From Balanoglossus misakiensis (lineage: Eukaryota > Animalia > Hemichordata), in assembly GCA_040954595.2 (NCBI GenBank), contig CM082581.2:11840286-11904285 (forward strand): a stretch of 64,000 nucleotides of DNA, written 5' to 3'. Below, piece after piece: positions 29,701 to 41,700 of this stretch; the stretch's first letter is position 1; each line of letters begins with the position of its first letter. The notes beneath the pieces were generated by a model. That model was not told where the DNA came from and made no database searches. It saw only the letters and a program-made list of their open reading frames with translations. The position numbers and the translations under genes are program-made.

Positions 29701-32700
29701 GGATTTTGCGTAAAGTTTCAACTCAGGCCTGAAATCTGGGATTAGAATGACATTAAAATCACATTAAAGTTGCTGTTAATGGAATGTGTTGATCCTTTGA
29801 TATGGAGTGGATATCTCTGTGATCAAATTTTGTTTCTTTATTTTAAGTCATTTTATACTGCAAACAGGTATTTTTTTTTTCAAATACTGCCCACTGTCCA
29901 TTAACTTCTTACAACATGTCGAATTTTGACTCGAATATACTCTACATGTATCTGTGTGCTTAATGGAAATTGGGTGTTTCGCCTCCAGACTGCTGTATAT
30001 TAACCCTGTATTTCTCCTTTCCCCAATAATTCAGCAATGTACAGAACTAGGAATGCTTTACAAGCAGTTGAAGATTCATCCAATGAGCTGCAGTACAGAT
30101 CAACAATCTTGGCCGGAGAACTGTTCGATACCAAGACCGCACTGGACGCAACCCTTGCCTCCCCGGCTTGCACTGGTGACCCCCAGTGCGCACTGGTCAG
30201 TGGTAATTTGGACACCAGTCAGTTGACCACTGGTGCAGATTATTCAACGGTAAGTGGGACATCAACTGATTATATGCTGCCATAATGAAATTTTGTTGTT
30301 AGATTTCAAATCTGTGTTATTCTATCAATTAATTGAAACTCACAGCTGTGCATTATGGGATACATACTGCAGGATATGGCCTCCCCTTCAGGCAAAATGC
30401 GTAAGGCCCCAGAATGCGATAATTATCACAAACAACAAATTGACCTAAAAACTTCAGGTTGTCATTCCGCCACCTGTGCAGATGTGAATAAATTGCAGAA
30501 ATGCGCAATCAATTGATTTTACTGCCTCAGAACTCTCATTAACCATTCAGATTTTCACATCAAATCAGACTCAACTGCATAGAGAGTTATAAGCCTCATT
30601 TACGTTTGTGATGTTTACCAATTTTATGAAATACCCACGTATGTATTGAGTTTAATCAAGAAAGATATCTTAGGACAGAAAATTGTTGTTAAAAGTCAAT
30701 GAAAATTACACAACTTGTATTTTATTTGCAGGTATAGATTTTTACAGATTACAGTAACCACAGGAAAAAATCAATAACCCAACTCCGTGCATTCGCATAA
30801 TTATAATTTGCATCAGAGAAAATGCAGCGAAGTGATGAACTCACCACAGTTGCATATTTTCTCCAATCAAATCATTTAACCAGGCTGCAAAGTTACTCTG
30901 TATTGGTTGCAAGCCTGCAGAGTCTAAATTGAAGGGGGGGGGGGGGGGGGGGGGCGTCAAAAGAAAAAAAAGCGAAATGAACTCAATCAAGCAGAACTCA
31001 CCTTTTATATAATTTTGCAAATTCTGTAACCCTCCCTTTAATTATATAAAGCACACACTTGTTTTTCGGCAAGAGGGGAAATTATCAGGAAACATTTATG
31101 ACCTGTAAATTGTGTTTTCAAATTAAGCTGTGAACAATCAGCACCTGGTTTGTTGATGTAAAATTTCTGGGGGGAAAAAGGTGGCATTATGTAAGGGAAT
31201 TGCCTGAGGCTACCGCTGTCTAAGGTGTTGTATTAGCATTTCAATCTGTAAGAGTTGAGTATCTGCGGCAATATAGAGTAACATTATCTGCCGCCGGGGG
31301 AACTTCATTCCAGCAAGAACCCTTTGAAGAAATTACTTTTGTTATTCATGATTACAGTATGTTTTGCTTATAATGCCTAAGAAAACACCTTAAAACCGGA
31401 GAAATATTTTCATAATTATTGAGTTACCGTAAATACACTTTTAATGTTCGTCACACCATTCACTTCAGTGGATTCCATCTGTACATGTTCTTTGAAGTGC
31501 TGCTCAACGAAATTGGAAGTGCATTTTATGGCACATAATTTGGAGATGAAATTACAGCGTTACAGAAGGTGTTCAATTCATGAGCATATGGTTTCATATA
31601 CAGTAGCAGGCTTTTTACTAGAAATAAAAATGTAATTTACAGTCAGTTAAAAAAAGTGAGCATGATGCTGTATAACAGCGACAGAGATGGACATAAAATG
31701 GCAGACTGTACTCTCTGACTCCAAAATTTCACAATTATGGAGCATGTGGTGTTGAAATTTCTGTGTCTCTATACTGTTGGTAAAATTTTGGTTTTATTTT
31801 CTGTTTTGTGAATTCCTGGATTTGTAGCAGAGAAAAGGTGAAGAAAGGAGTCGGAATGATGCGTTATATCTTTTCTTGGCTAGTACAGTATTTATTTAAT
31901 TTGGTAGAATCAGTTTTGCCTTTCCTATCCTCCATCATTCCATTTCAAAGTTCACTGGAGACATTTGTACACATTTTACAACTCTGTGTGGAAAAGTTCC
32001 CCTCGAAGAAAATTATTGTATTCTACCTTACTCTGGCTTGCACTGATTTCAAAACACTAAACACTATTAAACACACAAATAGCACAGCTCACATTCTCTG
32101 TATTATGCATCAAGTCCATCATAACATGTACGCTATCTCCACAGTCCATCAAACACAATATCATAGCATCACCATTGAGTGAATTGAAAAAAACACAGTT
32201 TACCACTTATCAGTACTCGAGTATACCCTGGTATAACCAGTGTTACTTGGCTTATATCAATGCATTGAAATGCCGATATTAGCGAGGGGAGATTGTACTC
32301 GGGCCATTGAACTCCGAAAGCGATTAATAAGATATACCAGTGTGTGAGATCTTTCGGATCAACCACCTCTGAAATGAGATATTCTGTCATAACAGTATTT
32401 TTAGCTCAGCGCATTGCATGATGAAATCGATGACTTAGGATGATTTCACCATTACGTAAATTAATATATTTCAGCTTGCCTGGACCTGTCAATTTGTGTT
32501 GACATGTCAGGTCTGGCATGCACTGCAAATTCTTCAAGCACGTCAAAACAAAGATGTTGAATGAAAAAAAAGTGTATTTTCATCACAGCTAGACGCTGCA
32601 TAATTTTGCTGGGTATGTCGGAGGTTTCTGTTCCAACACTGTCGACTGTTAAACATGGATACACCAAGTGTCACAAACATTGCATGCATGCACTGCAACT

Positions 32701-35700
32701 ATATAGTATAAACACAGTATAGGTAGATTTTCATTTTATACAGGATAGTTGTGCAGAAATCGGTCATTTGCATCGATGTTTGATTTTACACTGAAACAAA
32801 TGGTGGCCTAATGTAAATAAGGTGGCTTCAAAATGAAATGGGCGATTTTTCATTCTCTTGATCATGATAAGTCTTGTATTGGTTTTTGGTTTCCAACAGA
32901 TTGACATAGAAGCTGAACTGGACAGTGTGAATGATGCTTTGCGAGAAAACGTCACAGCTCATGCTGTAAAGGTAAGACAATTCATTTGAATCTTCATCAT
33001 CTGTACATTGTCACTGACTTGTACATCGGTTCTGATACAGACATTTGAGATTTCAGTTTAACGTGCACACTCAAACTCCACTTTGACTTTAAGCCATTCA
33101 GCTCCTGATATCACCTACCCAATCTCAAGTCAATCACACACAGGAATTTAGCAATGTGGTGTATTTGACCGAAACCTACTCAGTTGACGTCACCCATGAA
33201 TCTTCGTTAACTTTCTCTGGTGTGATAAATCTCATGGCCTCATTCTACCCACCTTGGCTGTGCTAATGAAACAGGCCATTGATTGATCACGCTGTATGAA
33301 ATCGGGTCAAAATAGCTGTAAATAACCAGAACTATGTTAATTCACAAAATTAAAAAAGATTGTTAGATGTTCACCGTGCAGTAAAGTGACTGTGATTTAG
33401 ATTAATTGCACATAGTTGAATCATCCTCCAAAAGGAGAATTTATAGGTAATTGATAATGATAACACATTTTAAGAACAGTTTTGCTGTTCCCAAGAGTGT
33501 CCATGGTTTTACAATTTTTCATGTACAAGTCCTCCTCCACCTCCTCCTCCTCCTCCTCCTCCTCCTCCTCCTCCTCCTCCTCCTCCTCCTCCTCATCATC
33601 ATCATCATCATCATCATCGGCAACATCATCTTCATCACTACCACCACCACCACCGTCACTATCATCATCATCATCATTATCATCATCACCTATGATGATT
33701 TTCATCATTATAGCAGTAGCAGTGACTGCATGACCATTTTGGTCATCGATGATTTCATGTTGTGATGAAAACAGAAGAAAGCATGCTACAAAGCATAGAC
33801 ATTGTCTGTGTAGAAAATCTCATGTGTAATAGTTTCCTCCAAAGCTGAAATTGAGTGTTTTACAAAGTACACCCTCATAATACTTGTAAATTCAAACTTC
33901 ATCCAGCTACCAGGCTCATTTCTTGTTGCACGTAGCATGTCTCTTTGGGATAATCGTCTTGTTATGAGCTCTGTAAACAGCCCATAAATCTGTCCTTGTA
34001 CAAACCATTCATTTTTCAGGCAAGAAAGGAGTTTGATGACATACCCGCATTGGTCGTTAATGAAAGCCGTAATGCATTGGAAGGTGAGTGGAATTCATAA
34101 ACTGTCACCGACATCTGTAAAATGTTCAATGAAGTCAGACTCACCGAGTCTTGCGAAGAAAATGATTTGTCTCACATTCAGAGGGAAGAGGGAAACCTGT
34201 TGAAAAATATACAAACGACAGTATCCCTGTCGCAGATTTGACAGAAAACTATAGAGGGGGATTGTCCTGTCATTAATAGTTAAATCATTCATGTATATTG
34301 TGCAAGGGGAAGATTATACATCAATGATGATACATGTACTGTCTTCCCCTCGCTCACCTTCGAAGGGTCATTTCTTCTTTACTGTGTCATCAATGGAATT
34401 CTTTAATAATCAAATGAAAACAAATGATTTTATTGGTACTTAATTTTAATTTTAAGATACAAGATCCAAGCTGCAAGATTTTGAAAACCAAGTTGCCCAG
34501 ATTGCAGATTCAATGACGCAGCCTATACAACAGGTAAATAAAAATTACTACTACCATTGTGTTGAGAGAAATGGCAAATGCATGTATAAGATGGATAATT
34601 CAATATACAGAACCACTAATTAATTGAGTGTAAAGTATTGGCCAGCCCATGCACCCAAATGACTTCAGGTGAGTAAGGGCTGACCTTGCTACAAGAGAAT
34701 TGCAACATACAAAGCATGTGGTCTTTATAAACTTTGCATGTGTACTAATCCAATCAACATGCAGGATTCACATTCTATTTTCTTTTTTTCTATTAACACT
34801 CACATCACTTAATGAAATTTATTGAAGTAAGTGAACACTAAATATTTAATCTACGGGTAATCTCGTTTTTAGGTGTCCATTGCAGGCATGTAACTAACAT
34901 GCATTTTTGACTCAACAGCTCATTTGCTACAGATAGCTGTATTGGTCAAACACATATCTACCGTAGCACTGATATGCAGAAAATTACTCTGATTAAATTT
35001 ACATCCATAATTTCTTCATCAAAGTCAATTGCTGGTAATTAATAAATCCCACATTCATCTCTCATCTTCCTATTTTGTCTTTTACTCATTTCAGGTTCAG
35101 AATCAGATGCAGATTGAAGACCAACTTGGAGACTTCTTTTACTATGCAGAGCAATACAGCAAATATGTGTGAGTCTTAAATTGATATATATCTTTATTTT
35201 CCATACATTTATTTTAGTGTCTATATATAGACACTAAAATATCTCAATCGGATCCTTCCTAACTGTCTAAGATCTCTTTCAATGTTAAAGTCAGAGGTCT
35301 GAGCATGCATGCCCATATCAATACAAAGCTGGTACGAAATATTGTCATAAAAAGTGAGTTCAGATCAAATAAGCTCATATATCTTTCCTGGTGTATTTTT
35401 CCACATTATTGGTTGGTATTTCTCATTGTTAGCCCTTGTTAACTCAGCATGTTTAGGTTTTCCAAGTAATGATTGATGCCGATACTAAATCTTAATCTCC
35501 AGTGATGTCATCCACTAACTTTCTCAACGGGGTCTTCCCTGTAAATCATCTCTCAGTTTTATTGCTTTCGTTTCTGGTGGAAATATGCAAAAAAGCACTG
35601 AAAACTCTTGGGGTCAGTAATCCCATTGTGCTAGTCAGTCACAAGATACTGGTGTCTGTCTGCAGTGTTGTATGTCTCTGAAATCTGGCTGACAATAAAT

Positions 35701-38700
35701 CATGCAGTTTTATCAACTGCGTGTACTGTTTAATAATCACGGTGTAGCTGCTGTTCTGCTGTGAAAAGCATGACAGATGTTTTGCTTGTAACCTTTTTCT
35801 CTGTTTGTGAAAATATACATCAAATAATTCACAAAAATCTGTTCAGTAGATGTGACGAGCTGGCATTAATGTGTGGTTTAGATGTTTTTGACAGGAAGCA
35901 GGAATGATCATTTAAATTAATCTTTACTGCAGATTTATGTGAGCCCTTGCTGCTGGACATTATAATATAAAATCAAATTGATACTAAGTAAGATGTAATA
36001 TATTTTATGTAAAAAACTATCAGATACTATCAAGCCTATCCACCATTGGAATTCAACCACAGTTGTGATGGCCGACATATAAATCACATGCAGGTCACCT
36101 AAAAAGCAAATGACCCAAGTGATTTGAAAAACCATCTTGACTTCATGAACAGTGCCACAGTTATGTGCACTGTACCTATGGCTATATGCATAAATTATGG
36201 CAGTAATAATTCTCTTTGATATTTCATGACACAGTGCCTGACCATACTATGGCACAGTTAGTATTAGTAATTTGAACGCCATTCTTCATGGGAATCATCA
36301 CATGGGATTGCATTGCCCGGAGACATCAATAACCTTTTGTGATTACAGTCCACCTCATGGATGTCCTAGTGGCTTTTGCTGTAGATATCAATTCAGGTTA
36401 CGATATCAATGTCTCTGAACTAAACAGTTTTGCATAACTCGTAGAAACCTCTGAACTTTTCCTAAAAGTACTGCAATACACAGTGGTGTCAGTGCTAGGG
36501 TATACCGGTATATCGAGAGTAATAACAATTTTCATTATTGATGGAAAGTGAGTCATCATTATATTGGCCATCAAGTTTTCCATTTGAGTTTTGATCTTTG
36601 TGCTCATTTTTGTTCATAGTACACTAATTTTGACATGTTTATACACCAATCATGTCAAATCTGTCACTTGTGTTTAATACCATAGACAATAAGAAATTAG
36701 ATATATACAATGTAGCTACACTGTAAAAACCCAACATATGTTTCATGTTATTTTCAGTATAAATCAATGCTAAAAGATTCCATTAAAATATTGTATGACA
36801 CCAGTAGTTTCGTATCAGTCATTCCCTTGGTAGTTAAGAGATAATTGAGAAAATATCTGTGTGTTGTTTTTAAAATGTTCTGTTCATCTGGTGACATCTT
36901 AAAAGAGAGCACGTCATTACATTGGTCCCAGATCATGGCATATTTCCAAAGTATCTGAGTATCAAATCTCAGTTTATTTGAGTTTAAATCGGATGATGCA
37001 ATATAATCTGAGACAATGTTATTGGAGATCAAAGATATCAGTCAGTTAATTATTCAGCCAGTCAGTCAGTCAGTCAGTCAGTCAATCAATCAATCTATCA
37101 ATCAATCAATCTATCTATCAATCAATCAATCAATCAATCAACCAATCAAATTAAATTAAATGTTAAAGCAACAAAATGACCATATTTTGACAAGATTTTT
37201 ACCAAATATTTGATTTATTGCATTTTTTCTTCAGCTGGTACATTGGAACAACATTGATGGGATTTGTCTTGGTGATAGTTGCCTTCTACTTCATGGGATT
37301 GCTGTGTGGTGTGTGCGGACATGAGAAAGACGAAGCTCCCACAGAACGTGGCTGTATGTCCAACTGCGGAGGTGCTATGATGATGGGGTGAGTTATTTGT
37401 GTCCCGAATGTGACATAGTTTTAATGCCTCACTTTCTATTGTCAATTCAACAGCGTACTTTAATCACCTATCATACTACATCAACCTGATGATGTGCAAT
37501 ATTTGAAAATGTAAAAGTTTGTACATGTATCTATACAAATAGTTTCTCAGCATCACATATCAATGGGGACTTCTGTAAATGTTTTAGAGGCTGTTTTTTT
37601 AAACGTATTAGTTTTGAAAAATTAAATCAGCCCCATTCAAAAAGTAATTTTCACCAACTTCTCTTTCAGGGGTGTACTCTTCTGTTTCATTTTTGCTCCC
37701 CTGCTGATGTTGTTAACAACATTCTCCTTCCTTCTTGGTGGCAACCTGGAGAAACTTGTCTGTGAACCACTAGCTACCCATGAAATCTTTGAACACGTAA
37801 GTGACAAAATTGTGATTTAAAGGACTACAGTCACCTTAATTTACATATGCCCATGTTTATAATACTAATGATTCATTATTTTTTTCTTCATCCACAGCTT
37901 GTTGACTACCCTTATGTATTGAACCCTGAGGCGAAGTACTTCCTTGGTGCTGCAGTGCTAAAAGACGGCAATATACCACTGACTGTGAGCAGAATTCTGG
38001 AGTAAGTCTAATTTGCAAGAATGGTTTTGACTCGTCTGCCTAGGATTGGTGAAGTCCATAGTTTTGTAGGATAAACCCACCACTGGAAAAATGGACCATG
38101 CATTTGTCATGTCTCAGCTTGATATTGTGATAGGCTCTCTTGTGGTATTTAAGATGCAGGCTGATCATCTTCAAACTCTTGAGAGAATGTGTTTGCTACA
38201 GTGTGTAGTGGCTGCAGTACTTCAGATATGTGTAAAAACCAACCACCCTGTATCTGGTTTGTGTTGTTTTTCTACAGGAAATGTGAGCAAGATGGTGCTA
38301 TTTATGAGGTTATGATGTTGGAACACATTGTGAATGTATCTGAACTTGTTGACTACAGATCTGTAAGTGATATATAGTGCCTCAAACATTGGCTCTTCTG
38401 CTGGCATTAAGTCAGTGTTGTTCTCCTATAAAATCACAGAATCATTTCCTTTCTGTTCTTTTGTATAATGTACTAACTATCACACACGTTTATTCACTTG
38501 TTATCTACACTTTTGTGGCCCATCATGACTGACTTAATTTGATTGTCTCAAACTCTCCCGTTTGAACACATCTTCCTTAATCAAATTGATCAAATATATC
38601 TGCATGCCTACATTTTCTCATCATACAACTGTCATTTCATCAAGGCTGTGTATTGATCCCATGTGACTGATGAGCAGCCCAATTTTGCTCCATTTATATT

Positions 38701-41700
38701 GTGTACTGTGCCCACTTAACACTCTCTTTGATTTGACCTTTTGAACCCCTGTCCATGATTGAACCCAATTAATGCTCAGCTGAATTTCCAATTTTGTCGG
38801 CAGAATCCTCGCTGATACTCATTTTATCGCTACTTGTCCATAATCATTATTTTAGACTCTTAGATATCGCCAGTCTATAGGCAATGCCGTTTATTTTCAG
38901 GATTCTGTTTTTTTCTGCATGACTGACTGACAGTAAAATTTAGTCGGTACAAGTCACGATAAAGATAATACTTGGACATTTTGATTAATATATTCATCAA
39001 GCAAATTAATTTAATAGCCATAAAAAAGTTAATGGCTATATGTTCTTGTTCGTGCCTTGTATAAAAGTCTGAGATATGAATTTCAGGGAATAAAGTGATG
39101 CTCAGAAATTGTCCCTGATGTGTGGTTGGACAATTTGCTGATAGGTAAATGAGTTTACATGTGATACCTTTCTTTCTGTGTTTGTCCATCCAGGAATTCC
39201 CCCAACTTGAAACCCTGATAAGTGATTTGGACATTGATCTGTCAGACATAGTACTGCTGGAAGAAGAAAGCAGGAATTCCTTGGAGGATTTCAATTCTAC
39301 CGGTGTCACCGATATTGACTTTGATGGTTACATTGCTGAGGTTTGTGTTTGTTGGTAGAGGTTATCATTTGAGGTCTTTGAAAGTACACTCTTAATTTTA
39401 TTGTTTGTGATGGTAGATGTATTGTATAATATAAATAGTCTGTATCCTATTTTTAATTTACAGATCAGGAAAGGTATAACTAAGGCAAATCTAACAGACA
39501 TGGCTGACTATCTGGACGCAGCTGCTTTGACCTTCTCAGACCCAGTAAGAACCAATGTGTTATTTTATTAAAGAGTCACCACAGCTAAATTTGTTTTCAA
39601 TAACATGCAGATTTAAGAAACATTTTATGAAAAACGTATGATGAAAAATACAAGCGATTGATGTACCGTAGATTTATTTGGTTTTGTCGTTTCATTGCAG
39701 ACTCTAAAGGATGATGTAGAGGGACATGCTATGGACCTGAGAACCATCCAGACAGGCCATGTAGATAATATGAAAGGATATGTGGTAAGTTTTAGATGAA
39801 CAGTCTGAGACAGACAGAAAGAGAGGGAGCCCTCTTAATTGGAGATAGGCACAAGTAACGTACATCCAAACAAATAAGCCATTGTTCACTAAATAATGTC
39901 TGTGCCAATTACCGCAAAAAAATCTAGAATTTGTCATCTTGAGGTCACTTTTTCTGTAAAAGATCAAGGTGAAAATAAATCGATAATGCTGAGACAGAGT
40001 TTTCATCTCTATAGTTTAAAATTAATGAACATGTCTCAGTTCGGAGCCAGAGTTATTCACCAATGTAGGGAAACTTTAATAAGCTATTATTTTTTCTCTT
40101 TTCGTTGTAGGACAACTTGGAAAGACACATTCAGAGGTTGAAATATGAATCAGTCACCTTGCAGGTATTGTAGTGTTTATTTACTGTATGATTTCCGACC
40201 AACAGTTTGCTATTTAATCAGTCATGGTATGCGAGAGAGTACCCATGCCCAGTAATTTCTCTGATGGTTTGTTTCCTGTAGGATGATATAAGTTCTGTAT
40301 TAGACACTGCAGAAATAGCAGAAGATTTTATACAGGAGACTGGTAGTAAACTTATCAAGAGTGTAAGTATCTATGCTGTTTGCAAAACTGTGATTTTAAC
40401 AAAGGTAATAAGAAAGTGTATCAACCACATTGAGAAATAAAATCTGTGATTTACTCATTAATGGCATATAGACACCATTATCAGTGATGCATGGTGTTGA
40501 GATTTACCAATCAGTATATAACATTAAGATTATTCTTTTTGTGTGTTTGTTACCGTACAGCTTTTATCCAAATACCAAGCCCTTGTACTACGCTATGCAG
40601 ATCAATATGCACGCTATGTAGGCAGAGTTGTAAGTTGAAATACTTCTTAAATATGAAACTATATACTTAAACTTAATACAGCAAAATATCAACATCTCCA
40701 AATACATCATTGAAAGAGTAATTACCATTGCTTTATGTTACAGGTGTCACAAAATCTTGGACAATGTCGACCTGTCTGGAATCTGTACGAGTCAATGCAA
40801 ATTGCATTCTGTTCATATCTTATAGACTCTTTTGTGAGTACATTAATCTTTCTCTTGTCATTCTTCAATTATATCTAGTCTTCCATATTGCAAGTTTTTA
40901 TTATCTATTCCTTTCTACTAGTCATTATCTTAATTATCTTCTTTTTCAGAACTGTTTCTGGTTTTCTCTTGGATGGGGTTTGTTTTTCTTCATACCAAGT
41001 GTCATCTTTGCCGTCAAGTTAGCTAAACATTACCGGAGAATGGAGTACGAAGAAGGCTGTCAAGATGAGTAAGTTCATAAAAAAACCACAACGCCAAAAT
41101 CAACCAACTTTTGAAAAAGACTTTGCGACCAGTATTGCCACATTGTGCTGTGTCAACATTTTTTGAAGTCTACGAAATTTTAACTCTAGTTAGAATTGCC
41201 CAAATTGGGGAACAGATGTACAAAAAGGTCAGGTTTCAGTTTTAGCTTGATGATATTCCAGTAAGTTGTTCCTATACATTTCATGACTGCCAAGAACTAT
41301 TGTGTTCAGTCACTGTCAGTCTCTTTTGCATCCAAAGTCCAGCGTTTTTGACGTTTTCATGCGATTCATGTGTTTGTATGATTAATACTTACACAAGTTA
41401 TATGAAATTAATCTTTAATTCTCTATTGAAGAAAATTCTAGTCTATTTTGATTGAAAAGAAGTGATTGAAATGTTTAAAAAAACTCAGTAGATTTATGCA
41501 GAGTGGTACTCACTTTGCATGGCATGTTACTGATATGTTAAAGTAGCAGAATTTCAGCTCATGATATTTCTACCTGGCTGTGGTCACTTCACTTAATGAC
41601 CATATTCTGACTAAAGATGGCGCCATTGCTAAAATGGCTCACAGACATTTCAACTCTTCAAATTCAAAAGGAGTATGCTTGATCCTTATAGAGGTACTCT

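Noticed and set aside
33421-33765. Poly-Glu/Asp, poly-Leu/Ile and poly-Ser ORFs
   Set aside because: Translations of an intronic trinucleotide microsatellite
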